A DNA stretch of 64,000 nucleotides from Gammaproteobacteria bacterium (GCA_965223115.1 OZ244982.1:685628-749627), one strand, 5' to 3'; numbered from the stretch's first letter, positions 29,767 through 41,420 are shown. The notes: a model not told the origin generated them from the sequence alone. Program-made: numbers and translations.

Positions 29767-30096
29767 TTAATAATTATAAAACATATCGTTTAAGAATTGT
29801 TGTACATCTTGCTGTTGCGTAGTAGACCAATTAAGTCCAAGGCTTGATTGGCAACGGTTGACTTGTTTAGCAAGTGTTTCCTTTGAAGTAGCTCTGTGAT
29901 CCTTGCGTGTGTAAAGTACTGAGCCATCTCCGCCTGTCATGGCAGCATGGCATGCTATGCAATTTTCTTGATGTAGGTTTTTACCTGATTGTGCGTCGGC
30001 AGCATAAAGTGGTGCGGTGAGTAACCATGATAAAAGCAATATTAGAAAATATTTCTTGCCGTGTACTTTAGGCTTATGTAATAAAATTCTCATCAT
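29767..30096 (-). CDS. Small periplasmic cytochrome c (green-heme-protein-like)
   Basis: Signal peptide, CIACH, YTR...QVNRC...LN..FY pattern. Confidence 0.75.
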   Translation of the reverse strand: MMRILLHKPKVHGKKYFLILLLSWLLTAPLYAADAQSGKNLHQENCIACHAAMTGGDGSVLYTRKDHRATSKETLAKQVNRCQSSLGLNWSTTQQQDVQQFLNDMFYNY

Positions 30097-30132
30097 CTGT
30101 GTATGATATACAAAACAGACAAGGAAATGCTA

Positions 30133-30684
30133 ATGCCTAGTAGCTCAGATAACCTAATATGGATAGACTTGGAAATGACGGGTTTAGATCCATTTCAAGA
30201 TCATATCATTGAGATTGCGACCATTGTTACAGATAAAGATCTACATGAGTTAGCTGTAGGGCCGGTTTTGGCGATTCATCAAGAAATTTCAATTTTAAAT
30301 TCAATGGATGAATGGAATACAGAACAGCATACGAAGTCCGGTTTAACAGAACGTGTAAAAAGTAGCTCAATCACTGTGATGCAGGCAGAAAAAGCCACAT
30401 TAGAGTTCTTGCAAGATTATGTTCCTGAAAATAGCTCGCCTATGTGCGGAAATAGTATTTGTCAGGATCGAAGATTTTTGGCTAGGCTAATGCCAGAGTT
30501 GGAAAACTATTTCCATTATCGAAATTTAGATGTTAGTACACTTAAAGAACTTGCTCGACGTTGGCAGCCCGAAATTGCAAATGGGTTTGTTAAAGAGTCT
30601 AAGCATCTTGCTTTGGATGATATACGCGATTCTATTGAAGAGCTTAAATACTATCGAGAAAACTTTTTAAAAAGCTTTACTTAA
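30133..30684 (+). CDS. orn: Oligoribonuclease
   Basis: [29 protein letters not shown]. Start chosen by spacing from the AAGGA RBS. Confidence 0.96.
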   Translation: MPSSSDNLIWIDLEMTGLDPFQDHIIEIATIVTDKDLHELAVGPVLAIHQEISILNSMDEWNTEQHTKSGLTERVKSSSITVMQAEKATLEFLQDYVPENSSPMCGNSICQDRRFLARLMPELENYFHYRNLDVSTLKELARRWQPEIANGFVKESKHLALDDIRDSIEELKYYRENFLKSFT

Positions 30685-30697
30685 GAATTAAAAGTAA

Positions 30698-32347
30698 TCA
30701 TAAAGATGCAGCATGCATGGGTTTTGCAGTAGTAACTTCAGTTTTTGGATCAAGGATGCTGTCAATGTTTTCTAATTTGGGATCTGGTTTCGGATAATTT
30801 AATGTGTAATGCAAGCCACGACTTTCTTTCCTCGTTAATGCACTGCGTATAATTAAATCTGCTACCAATGTTAAGTTTCTCAATTCAATTAAGTCACTGC
30901 TAACACGGAAGTTGCTGTAGTATTCATCAATCTCTGATGAGAGCAAGTCAACACGGTGTTTGGCACGTTGCAAGCGTTTATCGGTACGTACAATACCTAC
31001 GTAATCCCACATGAATCTTCTTAACTCGTCCCAGTTATGTGCCACAACAATTTCTTCATCCGGCTCAGTTACACGGCTTTCATCCCAAGGAGGAATATCA
31101 TTGTTGACGAGTTTTTGGTCTTTATGTGTATTAATATCTTTACTAGCAGAATAAGCAAATACTAAGCACTCAAGTAAGGAATTACTAGCCATTCGATTAG
31201 CACCATGTAGGCCTGTATGAGTAGTTTCACCAATTGCATACAAATTTTTTACATCTGTTCTGCCACGTAGATCTGTCATTACTCCTCCGCACGTGTAATG
31301 TGCTGCAGGAACAACAGGAACAGGCTCTTTAGCCATGTCGTAACCAAGTTTTAAGCAACGTGCATACACATTAGGAAAATGTGATTCAATGAAATCTTTA
31401 GGTTTATGGCTGATGTCTAAATATACACAGTCAATACCTAACTGCTTCATTTTGTAATCAATGGCGCGTGCAACGATATCGCGCGGTGCTAATACGCCGC
31501 GAGAATCAAATTCATGTGCAAACTCTCTGCCATCCGGGAGTAATAATTTTCCACCTTCGCCACGTACTGCCTCTGTAATTAAATATGATTTTGCGCTTGG
31601 ATGATAAAGGCAGGTTGGGTGGAATTGCATAAACTCCATATTTGCTACGCGACATCCAGCACGCCATGCCATGGCGATACCATCGCCTGATGCACCATCA
31701 GGGTTACTAGTATATAAATATACTTTACTAGCACCACCGGTAGCTAACACTATATATTTAGCTCGAAAAGTATCTACATGTTGTTTATCAGTATCTAATA
31801 CGTATGCACCTACACATTTATTTTTCTTGTTTGCTTCTTGATTGTTATAGAGTTTGTGAGTTGTGATTAGATCAATAGCAATATGGTGCTCAAAGACAGT
31901 TATATTTTTTTGTGCAAATATATTTTTAATGAGAGTGTTTTCTACCGCCCAACCCGTTGCATCTGCTGCGTGTACGACTCTTCGATGACTATGGCCACCT
32001 TCACGAGTTAAATGTAGATAAGATTTGCCATCAAGCCCTGTATCGCGAGTAAATTTAACCCCTAGTTCCATCAACCAGGTAATCATTTCTTTGCCATGGG
32101 TGACAGTGTGCCGTACAGCGTCTTCATCACATAAACCTGCACCGGCATCAATAGTATCTGCTATATGCAAATCAACAGAATCATGTTCATCCATAACTGC
32201 AGAAATACCGCCCTGTGCCCAGGCAGTACTCCCATCATCTAGGGGGCCTTTAGAAATTACCGCAATCCTAAAGGTGCTTTGTAGTCGTAATGCTAAGCTT
32301 AAGCCTGCGGCACCACTACCAATTATTAGTACATCGAAATCATGCAT
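30698..32347 (-). CDS. nadB: L-aspartate oxidase
   Basis: [35 protein letters not shown]; divergent from rpoE. Confidence 0.96.
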   Translation of the reverse strand: MHDFDVLIIGSGAAGLSLALRLQSTFRIAVISKGPLDDGSTAWAQGGISAVMDEHDSVDLHIADTIDAGAGLCDEDAVRHTVTHGKEMITWLMELGVKFTRDTGLDGKSYLHLTREGGHSHRRVVHAADATGWAVENTLIKNIFAQKNITVFEHHIAIDLITTHKLYNNQEANKKNKCVGAYVLDTDKQHVDTFRAKYIVLATGGASKVYLYTSNPDGASGDGIAMAWRAGCRVANMEFMQFHPTCLYHPSAKSYLITEAVRGEGGKLLLPDGREFAHEFDSRGVLAPRDIVARAIDYKMKQLGIDCVYLDISHKPKDFIESHFPNVYARCLKLGYDMAKEPVPVVPAAHYTCGGVMTDLRGRTDVKNLYAIGETTHTGLHGANRMASNSLLECLVFAYSASKDINTHKDQKLVNNDIPPWDESRVTEPDEEIVVAHNWDELRRFMWDYVGIVRTDKRLQRAKHRVDLLSSEIDEYYSNFRVSSDLIELRNLTLVADLIIRSALTRKESRGLHYTLNYPKPDPKLENIDSILDPKTEVTTAKPMHAASL

Positions 32348-32456
32348 ATTTAGATAAAATAGCTATTAATCTGGCTCATTGTGTCATAGTTGCAGTGATC
32401 TAGTTAACAAAATAGTACCACTTAGCGGTAGAATCTGGTTCCAGGTACGCAAGGAA

Positions 32457-32483
32457 GAACTCTTACACGATAAAATTGTCTTA
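32457..32483 (+). promoter_or_regulatory. SigmaE-type promoter of rpoE
   Basis: GAACTC, 16 nt, TCTTA; compare consensus GAACTT-N16/17-TCTnA. Confidence 0.6.
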
Positions 32484-32531
32484 AAAGATGCGGTTAGTAT
32501 GGTTAACCGTGATATAAGGAGTTAGGCCCAG

Positions 32532-33107
32532 ATGGGCGAGAATAATAACGATAAGGAGCTTGTGAAAAGGGCTCAAAAGGGGGATAAAGTTGCCTTTGAT
32601 ACGCTGGTTAGTAAGTACCAGTATAAAGTAATCAATTTGGTAACTCGTTTTGTTAAGGATGATGATGAAGCTCAGGATGTAGCACAGGAAGCGTTTATCA
32701 AAGCTTATCGAGGCCTTGCTAAATTTCGAGGTGATAGCGCTTTTTATACATGGCTGTATAGAATTGCGATCAATTCAGCCAAAAACTATTTAGTATCGCA
32801 GGGTCGTAAAACACCGGCATATGCGATAGACGTTGAAGATGCCGAACATATGGAATCGGCTATGGCATTGAAAGAGTTTGAAACGCCTGAGGGGCGTATG
32901 CTCACAAATGAAATTGAGGAAACGGTCTACAAGGCCATTAAGGAGCTGCCAGAAGATTTGAAAACGGCAATTACATTACGTGAGCTAGAAGGTATGACAT
33001 ATGATGAGATTGCAGTAGTAATGGCATGTCCAATTGGTACAGTGCGATCCAGAATATTTCGAGCTCGTGAAGCCATTGATAAACATTTGAAACCTTTGCT
33101 TAGTTAA
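32532..33107 (+). CDS. rpoE: ECF sigma factor RpoE/AlgU
   Basis: DVAQEAFIKAYR, FYTWLYRIAIN, GTVRSRIFRAR. Confidence 0.96.
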   Translation: MGENNNDKELVKRAQKGDKVAFDTLVSKYQYKVINLVTRFVKDDDEAQDVAQEAFIKAYRGLAKFRGDSAFYTWLYRIAINSAKNYLVSQGRKTPAYAIDVEDAEHMESAMALKEFETPEGRMLTNEIEETVYKAIKELPEDLKTAITLRELEGMTYDEIAVVMACPIGTVRSRIFRAREAIDKHLKPLLS

Positions 33108-33125
33108 TTACATGGAAAGAAAATT

Positions 33126-33707
33126 ATGAAGGAATTAGATCAAGAACTCTTATCAAGAATTTTAGATGAAGATGTTTCTGAATTCGAAGCTCAAAAAATC
33201 TTAAAAGAATATCGTTCAAACCCAGAGCTACAAGCCATATATCATCGTTATAATATTATCGGGCATGCAATGCGTAAAGAATTGCCTGCCAAGTTAAATC
33301 ATAGTTTTACTAAAGAAGTAATGAGTAAGCTATCTGATGAAAAAATTTCTGTTCCAGAATCTACCGAGGTTTCAGAAATTACCAATCGAACCAATAAATA
33401 TACAACTGCAATAGGCATAGCCATTGCCGCATCCGTCGCAGTTTTTTCATTTGTTGCTTTTCAGAATTTTATGCAACCAACTACAAATACTGAGAATATC
33501 CCTGTTGTCGCAGAGAGGGTTGTTGAAGAAAGTGATATACAACGTGTAAGTGCTGAAGAGCTACAAAGTGTTTATTCCAATCCAAAAGCGGCTGCAGAGT
33601 TCAATAGTTATATAGTGAATCATGCAGAATATGCGTCACCGCGAGTATCAATGCCACATGTAAGAATTGTTGGATATGATCAAGAGTTTGGAACAAGTAA
33701 CAAGTAA
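33126..33707 (+). CDS. rseA: Anti-sigma-E factor RseA/MucA
   Basis: LSRILD...YHRYNIIGHAMR, single TM AIAASV, YIVNHAE; follows rpoE. Confidence 0.88.
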   Translation: MKELDQELLSRILDEDVSEFEAQKILKEYRSNPELQAIYHRYNIIGHAMRKELPAKLNHSFTKEVMSKLSDEKISVPESTEVSEITNRTNKYTTAIGIAIAASVAVFSFVAFQNFMQPTTNTENIPVVAERVVEESDIQRVSAEELQSVYSNPKAAAEFNSYIVNHAEYASPRVSMPHVRIVGYDQEFGTSNK

Positions 33708-33714
33708 ATTCAGC

Positions 33715-34680
33715 ATGTATTTTGTCCGTTTTTTATTCATAATTATTTTAGTTTTCAACTTTTCTTTAGTTTCTGCTGAAGAGGATGTTCGAAAGCTATT
33801 AAATAATATGAATACTACCTTAGAGATGGGTAATTATCGTGGCACTTTTGTGTTTATGCATAACGGTAATGTTGAAACCATGCGCATTATTCATGGCTAT
33901 TCGCCTAAAGGTATTAGGGAAAAGTTAGTTTCGCTAACGGGTGATGCGCGTGAGGTTATTCGTGATCAAGATGTATTAACTTGTATCTGGCCAAAAGATA
34001 AATTAGTTGTTATTGAAACAGCACGTGTACCTCATGGTCTACCGTCATCTTTGCCAGAGAATTTAAATGAACTTGCATTCCATTATAAAATGACAGCAAT
34101 TGGTTCAGATAGAGTTGCTGGTTTTAGTTGTAAAATTATACGTTTTGAGCCCTTGGATGAATTTCGCTATGGACATGAGCTTTGTGTTAACACAAGGTTA
34201 GGTATGTTGCTTAAATCAAAAACCTTTAATAGCGAAGGTAAAGTGATAGAAAACATGATGTTTACTAGTTTTCGTATGTTAAAGTCGGTGCCAGATGATT
34301 TATTTGAACCAAGTGTTGCACTGAATGACTATACTTGGAAAACAGCAAGTGTGGAGTTGAAAGGTGAATTACAACCTGATCGTGCCTGGCAGATACAAAA
34401 TCTACCACCTGGGTTTTCATTGAGTAGTGTTACTAGAAGGCTAATGAGTGCTAGTAATAAGCCTGTGCAACACATGGTGATTACAGATGGATTAGCTTCA
34501 GTTTCTGTATTTATTAGCAAGCTTGATGATTCGCAGCATGTGTATAAAGGTGCGCATAACAAAGGTGTTATTAATGCATATGCACGTGATCTTAATCAAC
34601 ATCAGATTACAGTAGTAGGTGAGGTCCCAAAAGGAACAGTTAAATCGATAGGTGAATCGATTTATTATTCAAATCCATAA
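33715..34680 (+). CDS. rseB: Sigma-E regulatory protein RseB/MucB
   Basis: NYRGTFV, REKLVSLTG, TDGLASVSVF, VVGEVP; ATG at 33715 with signal peptide. Confidence 0.9.
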   Translation: MYFVRFLFIIILVFNFSLVSAEEDVRKLLNNMNTTLEMGNYRGTFVFMHNGNVETMRIIHGYSPKGIREKLVSLTGDAREVIRDQDVLTCIWPKDKLVVIETARVPHGLPSSLPENLNELAFHYKMTAIGSDRVAGFSCKIIRFEPLDEFRYGHELCVNTRLGMLLKSKTFNSEGKVIENMMFTSFRMLKSVPDDLFEPSVALNDYTWKTASVELKGELQPDRAWQIQNLPPGFSLSSVTRRLMSASNKPVQHMVITDGLASVSVFISKLDDSQHVYKGAHNKGVINAYARDLNQHQITVVGEVPKGTVKSIGESIYYSNP

Positions 34681-34718
34681 AAAATTACACATGAACTTTT
34701 TAAGTCATAGTTCTAAGA

Positions 34719-34745
34719 GAACTTTTTTGTTTGTGCGTGATCTAC
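34719..34745 (+). promoter_or_regulatory. SigmaE-type promoter of mucD/degP
   Basis: GAACTT, 16 nt, TCTAC. Confidence 0.65.
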
Positions 34746-34830
34746 AAAAATATTAATTTTAATAATAGAGCTTGGAAGTTTTTCTAACTTAGTTCTGCGT
34801 TAATACCTCAATGATAAGAATGGAGATACG

Positions 34831-36276
34831 ATGATGAGAAGCAGAAATGTTTTTACAGCTAAAGCAGTTTTATTTATTGCATTCCTGTTCATGACTATAC
34901 AAGCGAATGCTCGTAATAACTTACCTGATTTCACAGAATTAGTAGAGGAAAATGCTGGTGCAGTCGTTAATATCAGTACTACCAAACAAACTGAAGTTAA
35001 AAGAGGTTTGCCTCCAGGTATGGATATACCAGATCTTCCTGAAGACAACCCATTTGGTGATTTATTAAGAAGATTTTTTGGCGAACATGGTGGTGAGGGA
35101 GAAGATTTTTTTAATTCACGCTCATTAGGTTCCGGGTTTATTATTTCAAAAGATGGTTACGTGATTACCAATCACCATGTTGTTAAAGGTGCAGATGAAA
35201 TCATAGTTAAGCTAAATGATCGTAGGGAGTTAGTGGCGGAGTTGATTGGTAGTGACCCACGTAGTGATATTGCGTTATTAAAATTAGATGCAGCTGATTT
35301 GCCTACTGTAAAAATTGGCTCTTCTGATGATGTAAAAGTAGGTCAATGGGTGCTGGCCATTGGCTCACCATTTGGTTTTGATGCATCAGTTACCGCAGGC
35401 ATAGTTAGTGCCAAGGGGCGTAGTCTGCCAAGTGAAAACTATGTGCCTTTCATCCAAACAGATGTAGCCATAAATCCAGGTAATTCTGGAGGACCACTGT
35501 TCGATCTTGAGGGTAACGTGGTTGGTATAAATTCACAGATCTATACGCGTTCGGGTGGTTTCATGGGTTTATCTTTTGCCATTCCTATGGAAGTTGCGAT
35601 GGATGTTGTCGATCAGATTAAGACACATGGTTATGTATCTAGAGGCTGGTTAGGTGTTTATATACAAGAGGTAACTAGAGAATTAGCTGAATCTTTTGGT
35701 ATGGATAAACCAGCTGGTGCGTTGGTAGCTAAAATATTACCTGAAAGCCCTGCGGAAGAATCTGATATTAAAGTTGGTGATGTCATTCTTTCCTATAATG
35801 GAAAAGAGATTAAAAATTCAGCAGCTTTGCCTCCAATGGTTGGAAGAACTAAAGTGGGTGAGGTTGTTAAACTAAAAGTAATGCGTGATGGCAAGGCTAA
35901 AATTGTAAAATTAAAGATAGGACAATTGCCAGATAAAGATCAAATTGTAGCGAGTAGTCCCGAAACACATGAAGGTGATCAATCTAAAGATACTGTATTG
36001 GGTCTTACACTCCGTACTCTTACTAAGGATGAAATGAAGACCATGGAGCTTGATAATGGTGGTTTGCTGGTACTCAATGTTGATTCAGGTACAGCAAAAT
36101 CTGCAGGTGTTCGGCAAGGAGATGTGATTCAAATGATCAATGGCGAATCTGTAGAAACCGTGAGTGCATTTAAAGAAGAGGTTGAAAAATTGCCAAAAGG
36201 TAAGTTTGTTTCTTTACTTGTACAACGTGCACATGGGCCAGAATTTATAGCTATGCGTATACCTGAAAAAGAATAG
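34831..36276 (+). CDS. mucD: Do/DegQ-family periplasmic serine protease with two PDZ domains
   Basis: TNHHV, DIALL, NPGNSGGPL; position between rseB and lepA. Confidence 0.93.
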   Translation: MMRSRNVFTAKAVLFIAFLFMTIQANARNNLPDFTELVEENAGAVVNISTTKQTEVKRGLPPGMDIPDLPEDNPFGDLLRRFFGEHGGEGEDFFNSRSLGSGFIISKDGYVITNHHVVKGADEIIVKLNDRRELVAELIGSDPRSDIALLKLDAADLPTVKIGSSDDVKVGQWVLAIGSPFGFDASVTAGIVSAKGRSLPSENYVPFIQTDVAINPGNSGGPLFDLEGNVVGINSQIYTRSGGFMGLSFAIPMEVAMDVVDQIKTHGYVSRGWLGVYIQEVTRELAESFGMDKPAGALVAKILPESPAEESDIKVGDVILSYNGKEIKNSAALPPMVGRTKVGEVVKLKVMRDGKAKIVKLKIGQLPDKDQIVASSPETHEGDQSKDTVLGLTLRTLTKDEMKTMELDNGGLLVLNVDSGTAKSAGVRQGDVIQMINGESVETVSAFKEEVEKLPKGKFVSLLVQRAHGPEFIAMRIPEKE

Positions 36277-36364
36277 TGGCAAGACAGAAAAAGTAAGCGA
36301 TAATCGAGCCTATTAATTAATACTAATTGTTTAAATAGGTACTCGGTTAACTCCAAAATTTAAT

Positions 36365-38158
36365 ATGGAGCGTATTCGCAACTTTTCTATTATTGCGCAT
36401 ATTGATCATGGGAAGTCCACTTTAGCGGATCGCTTTATTCAATATTGTGGTGGTTTGTCTGAGCGCGAAATGAGCGCTCAGGTACTAGATTCTATGGATC
36501 TTGAGCGCGAACGTGGCATTACAATTAAAGCACAAAGTGTGTCACTGTCCTACAAAGCAAAAGATGGTGAGACCTATCAGTTAAATCTCATTGATACCCC
36601 AGGTCACGTAGATTTTTCTTATGAAGTTTCAAGATCTCTTGCTGCATGTGAGGGGGCTTTGCTCATTGTAGATGCTTCACAAGGGGTCGAGGCGCAAAGT
36701 GTAGCGAATTGTTATACTGCAATTGATCTTGGTTTAGAAATAATTCCTGTTCTCAATAAAATTGATCTACCTTCTGCAGATCCGGATAGAGTGATAGCAG
36801 AAATTGAGGATGTCATTGGTATAGATGTATCAGAGCCATTATTGGCTAGTGCAAAAACTGGTCAAGGGGTGGAAGAGGTTTTAGAGGCCATCATCAATCG
36901 GTTTCCGGCACCCCAGGGTAACAGTGATGCAACACTTAAAGCTTTAATTGTAGATTCATGGTTTGATAATTATGTAGGTGTCATCTCTTTAGTGCGCATT
37001 ATTGATGGTGAATTGAAACCTAAACAAAAAATTACTGCGATGTCTTCAGGACGTAGTTACCAAGTTGAGAAAGTAGGTGTATTCACTCCCAAACGTAAAG
37101 AAACAGAAAGCTTGCAAGCCGGACAGGTTGGTTATGTAATTTGTGGGATTAAAGATATCTCTGCTGCAAAAGTAGGTGATACATATACGTTAACATCTCA
37201 ACCAGCGGAGCAACCTCTTGAAGGTTTTAAAGAAGTCCAACCAAATGTATTTGCAGGGGTTTTTCCAGTAAGTTCTGATGATTATGAATCGTTTCGTGAT
37301 GCACTGGAAAAGCTTAGTTTAAATGATTCAGCCTTTACATATGAACCTGAAACTTCCGACGCACTTGGTTTTGGATTTCGATGCGGTTTTCTTGGTATGT
37401 TGCATATGGAAATCGTTCAAGAGCGACTCGAACGTGAATATGCGCTTGATCTGATCACCACCGCACCTACTGTTGTGCATGAAGTGCATACTACAGATGG
37501 AGAAGTCGAATACATTCATAATCCATCTAATTTGCCACCTGCAAATAAAGTCAGTGAAATTTGTGAACCAATTATCCATGCTTCAATTTTAGTACCACAT
37601 GATTATGTTGGTAATGTAATTACTTTATGTATTGAAAAACGTGGTACACAAAAAAGTTTGCACTACCATGGCAATCAAGTATCTGTTGTATTTGAACTTC
37701 CTTTAAGTGAAGTTGTATTGGATTTTTTTGATAAGCTGAAGTCAGTAAGTCGTGGCTATGCTTCATTTGATTATTATCAATCTCATTTTGCTGCTGCGCC
37801 TCTTGTGAAGCTAGATATTTTAATTAACTCTGAACGTGTAGATGCCTTATCTGTGATTGTGCACAGGGATCAAGCTCAGTCTTATGGACGAGATCTTGCT
37901 GTTAAAATGAAAGAAATTATTCCAAGGCAAATGTACGATGTTGCGATACAAGCTGCAATCGGTTCTAAAATTATCGCACGTACTACAACAAAGGCATTAC
38001 GGAAAAATGTTACGGCAAAATGTTACGGTGGTGATGTAACGAGAAAGAAAAAGCTTTTAGAAAAACAAAAAGCGGGTAAAAAACGAATGAAACAAATTGG
38101 TAAAGTAGAAATACCTCAAGAAGCTTTTTTAGCAGTTTTGCGTGTAGATAAAAGCTAA
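36365..38158 (+). CDS. lepA: Translation factor LepA (EF4)
   Basis: [29 protein letters not shown]. Confidence 0.98.
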   Translation: MERIRNFSIIAHIDHGKSTLADRFIQYCGGLSEREMSAQVLDSMDLERERGITIKAQSVSLSYKAKDGETYQLNLIDTPGHVDFSYEVSRSLAACEGALLIVDASQGVEAQSVANCYTAIDLGLEIIPVLNKIDLPSADPDRVIAEIEDVIGIDVSEPLLASAKTGQGVEEVLEAIINRFPAPQGNSDATLKALIVDSWFDNYVGVISLVRIIDGELKPKQKITAMSSGRSYQVEKVGVFTPKRKETESLQAGQVGYVICGIKDISAAKVGDTYTLTSQPAEQPLEGFKEVQPNVFAGVFPVSSDDYESFRDALEKLSLNDSAFTYEPETSDALGFGFRCGFLGMLHMEIVQERLEREYALDLITTAPTVVHEVHTTDGEVEYIHNPSNLPPANKVSEICEPIIHASILVPHDYVGNVITLCIEKRGTQKSLHYHGNQVSVVFELPLSEVVLDFFDKLKSVSRGYASFDYYQSHFAAAPLVKLDILINSERVDALSVIVHRDQAQSYGRDLAVKMKEIIPRQMYDVAIQAAIGSKIIARTTTKALRKNVTAKCYGGDVTRKKKLLEKQKAGKKRMKQIGKVEIPQEAFLAVLRVDKS

Positions 38159-38172
38159 GGAAAGCAACTTAA

Positions 38173-39096
38173 ATGTATAAGTCCATCTTAAAATATTTTC
38201 TTATTTGTTTTTTAATATTTAGCCCAGGAATAGTAATTGCTGATTACATGCGCGTTACATTACTAGGCACGGGTAGCCCTCGTCCAGATGTTAATCGATC
38301 TGGCCCGGCGGTATTAGTTGAAGCAGGAGGAAAGTATTTGTTGTTTGATGCAGGGCGTGGAGTTGTACAAAGAATTAAACAATTAGACATACCCATCTCG
38401 GAAATAAATCAAGTGTTTTTGACACATTTACATTCAGACCATATTTCTGCATTGGATGACATATGGCTTACAGGCTGGATATACCAAAGACCACAAGCCT
38501 TGCAAGTACACGGACCCGAGGGTACAGGTTCATTCGTACAAGGTTTGCAGGATGCCTATTCCTATGATGCTTTAATAAGGCGTAAATATGCGGGTCTTAG
38601 AGAAAGTGCAGCTAAAATTATTGCTGACGACATTAAGCCTGGCATAATTTACTCAGAAAATGGCATCAAAGTAACTGCATTTTTGGTGGATCATAAACCT
38701 GTTGAGCCTGCTTATGGTTATCGAATCGATTTTGGTGATCGATCCGTTGTGATATCAGGTGATACGACGTATTCAGAAAATTTAGTCAAACATTCACAAA
38801 ATATTGATGTGCTTGTTCATGAAATATTTGCCGCAAAATCAAATATACTCGAGAGGAATCCACGCTTACAAAAGATTGAGCGCTATCATACCAATCCTGA
38901 GCAATTAGTCCGTGTTTTGGATGAAGTTAAACCAAGAATGGCTATACTTACGCATTTGATACTTGTTGGCATTGAAGAAAACGCTTTAATGTCAAAAATA
39001 AAAGAAGATTATTCTGGAGAAGTTTATTTGGGTGAAGACTTAATGATTATTGATGTTGGTAACAATATAAAGGTAAATTCGTTTATAAATCATTAA
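38173..39096 (+). CDS. Exported MBL-fold metallohydrolase (RNase Z/AtsA-like)
   Basis: Signal peptide, LLGTGSP, THLHSDH, SGDT, HE, HT, LTH. Confidence 0.85.
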   Translation: MYKSILKYFLICFLIFSPGIVIADYMRVTLLGTGSPRPDVNRSGPAVLVEAGGKYLLFDAGRGVVQRIKQLDIPISEINQVFLTHLHSDHISALDDIWLTGWIYQRPQALQVHGPEGTGSFVQGLQDAYSYDALIRRKYAGLRESAAKIIADDIKPGIIYSENGIKVTAFLVDHKPVEPAYGYRIDFGDRSVVISGDTTYSENLVKHSQNIDVLVHEIFAAKSNILERNPRLQKIERYHTNPEQLVRVLDEVKPRMAILTHLILVGIEENALMSKIKEDYSGEVYLGEDLMIIDVGNNIKVNSFINH

Positions 39097-39112
39097 ACAG
39101 CGGTACATATAT

Positions 39113-39931
39113 ATGCAGCTTGATTATTCCAAACCTCTATTAATGGGTGTGCTCAATGTAACCCCCGATAGTTTTTCAGACGGGGGTATGTATCCTTCTT
39201 CAAAAGATGCAATTACACGTGGTATTGAAATGGTTGAGCAAGGTGCAGATATCATTGATATAGGTGGGGAGTCTACTCGACCTGGTGCACAGCGTATCAA
39301 TGCTAAGGAACAAAAGCGTAGAGTTATAGATGTGATTGCTGGTTTGCGTAAAGAGTTACCAGCAAATATACATATTAGTATTGATACAACATTATCTGAG
39401 GTGGCCAAAGCATCATTAGATTCAGGAGCAACTATGCTCAATGATGTCAGCGCAGGGCGTGAAGATAATACTATTTTAAAAATAGCAGCTGATACAAATG
39501 CTCCGATTTGCCTTATGCATATGCAAGGTGATCCGTCTAATATGCAGGATAATCCTAACTATGAGAATGTCAGTAAAGAAGTGGCTGAGTTTCTTATTCA
39601 AAGAGCAGCTATAGCAAATGATATTGGTGTAAAAAAAGAAAATATTATACTTGATCCAGGTATCGGTTTTGGTAAGCGTACACAACATAATTTAGAGTTA
39701 TTGCGTGATCTAAAAGATCTAACAAGTTTAGGTTATCCGATTTTGTTGGGTACGAGCCGCAAACGTTTTATGGGAGAAATTTCAAAGCAAGAGGATCCTC
39801 GAGAAAGAATGCCTGCCACTTGTGCAACCTCGGCATTAGGTGTTTTGGCAGGTGTGAAAATTTTTCGGGTGCATGATATTTGGCAAAATCGTCAAGCTTT
39901 AGATGTAACCTGGGCCATTTGTAATTGTTAA
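39113..39931 (+). CDS. folP: Dihydropteroate synthase
   Basis: LNVTPDSFSDGG, GGESTRPG, DPGIGFGK, SRKRF, RVHD. Confidence 0.95.
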   Translation: MQLDYSKPLLMGVLNVTPDSFSDGGMYPSSKDAITRGIEMVEQGADIIDIGGESTRPGAQRINAKEQKRRVIDVIAGLRKELPANIHISIDTTLSEVAKASLDSGATMLNDVSAGREDNTILKIAADTNAPICLMHMQGDPSNMQDNPNYENVSKEVAEFLIQRAAIANDIGVKKENIILDPGIGFGKRTQHNLELLRDLKDLTSLGYPILLGTSRKRFMGEISKQEDPRERMPATCATSALGVLAGVKIFRVHDIWQNRQALDVTWAICNC

Positions 39932-39938
39932 TAAACAA

Positions 39939-40286
39939 TCAGCTGCTTTTGGCTAAATTTTTATCTAAAAGAAATTGATAATAAAGTTTAGCAACACTTA
40001 AACCAATTTGATTACATGCAATATCGTTGCCATATTGCATATGGTCTAGTTCTTGAAGTTTAGTAATAATTTCACGAGATGGTAGTCTTTGGTTAACTAA
40101 TGCTTGAAATATATCAAGAGCGTTATCAAGTTCTTGTTTAATGATTTCGTGATTTGCCCCAAAGCATAGCTTATCAAGCTTTCCTTCATTGAATAGAGTT
40201 CTCATTGTGATGAAAGGTTTTTTATCAGAGTTTTGGTTATATTTCTTATTAACCTCTACGTTTATTGAGTAACATCTGTCTTCCAT
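39939..40286 (-). CDS. Hypothetical protein
   Basis: 115-aa ORF filling an otherwise empty gap; no motif recognised. Confidence 0.55.
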   Translation of the reverse strand: MEDRCYSINVEVNKKYNQNSDKKPFITMRTLFNEGKLDKLCFGANHEIIKQELDNALDIFQALVNQRLPSREIITKLQELDHMQYGNDIACNQIGLSVAKLYYQFLLDKNLAKSS

Positions 40287-40518
40287 AATAAATATTTTCA
40301 GTTAACTAAAAATGATAGGTTATATAGAATAACAATTAATTAGCTTATCTAAAAAGTAATTAATAAACTGATTGAAATCAGTTCTTTATTGTGAGCGGAA
40401 AATCGGGACTTGGTGAAGCCATAAAAAAATCAGTAGTTTATGTAAATCGAATATGGATTTTTGTAGTGCACAATATTTCAAATGATTAGCTTGCTTTACA
40501 AAATAAGGTGGAAAATAG

Positions 40519-40782
40519 TCAAATCAGGTAATACTCATGTGCGGTATTTATTAGTATCTCTTTTTCTTTTCTTGTTAATCGCTTAATTTCTATTTCTCTT
40601 TTTGTAGCACTGCTCCGGCTGTGACCATCTTCCTTATAAACCACTTTTGCTGGGATTCGACTGTAAAAAAATTTTGCTCCTTTCCTCTCGGAATGCTGTT
40701 TATAACGTCTTTCAATATTAGTTGTTATACCTGTGTAATAAGAATTATCACTTGACTTAATTATATATACCCACCAATTCAT
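40519..40782 (-). CDS. GIY-YIG nuclease (YhbQ/UPF0213-like)
   Basis: VYII...YYTGITTNIERR..QH...GAKF...A.KRE..IK. Confidence 0.85.
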   Translation of the reverse strand: MNWWVYIIKSSDNSYYTGITTNIERRYKQHSERKGAKFFYSRIPAKVVYKEDGHSRSSATKREIEIKRLTRKEKEILINTAHEYYLI

Positions 40783-41420
40783 TGTGTAAAAGCATTGTTG
40801 TTAACAGTGAGCAGCTCAAATAAAGAAGGCCAAATGTTATCTAAAATTATGGGCTGAGCTTGTGCATTGGGGTGCAATCCGTCTTTTTGCATATACTTAT
40901 TATTTAATACAATGCCATCAAGCATAAAAGGCACATAAGAAATGTTATTCTTTTCTGCTATTTGCTTGTAAATAAGATGAAACTCATTTGTGTATTTATC
41001 ACCATAATTTGGAGGAATTTTTATACCTAGCAATAGTACCAGACCATGTTGTTTACATTGTTGTACTATACTGTTCAATTGATCTTTCATAATATGTAAT
41101 GATTGTCCGCGCAAGCCATTGTTTGCACCTAATCCTAATATACATACGCTAGGCTGGTGTGTTTTTAGCAAATCAGATAGTCTTGCTAATGCGCCTGCTG
41201 TGGTCTCACCGCTTACAGATGCATTTATTACATTCCATGTAGTCTCTCCATTATAGTTGTTGTTAAGTCTATTTTGTAATAAATTAACCCAGCCTTGTTG
41301 TATATCTATACCGTAGGCAGCACTTAAGCTATCACCTAATACAAGAATTGTATTTTCTTTGGCATGGCTAGAAGCTGTTATACATAGGAGAATGAAAAAA
41401 ACAGTACGGAGTATTAACAT
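40779..41420 (-). CDS. tesA: Arylesterase / acyl-CoA thioesterase I (SGNH)
   Basis: GDSLSA, SGETT, GANNG, DGLHP; ATG at 41420 followed by a signal peptide. Confidence 0.9.
   Translation of the reverse strand: MLILRTVFFILLCITASSHAKENTILVLGDSLSAAYGIDIQQGWVNLLQNRLNNNYNGETTWNVINASVSGETTAGALARLSDLLKTHQPSVCILGLGANNGLRGQSLHIMKDQLNSIVQQCKQHGLVLLLGIKIPPNYGDKYTNEFHLIYKQIAEKNNISYVPFMLDGIVLNNKYMQKDGLHPNAQAQPIILDNIWPSLFELLTVNNNAFTQ

Noticed and set aside
34693-34716. Second sigmaE-like promoter GAACTT...TCTAA before mucD
   Set aside because: The spacer is 13 nt, too short; the downstream copy has the correct 16 nt.
40519-40782. GIY-YIG gene as a homing endonuclease or mobile element
   Set aside because: An 87-aa stand-alone YhbQ-type protein coupled to tesA; no intron or DNA-binding extension.
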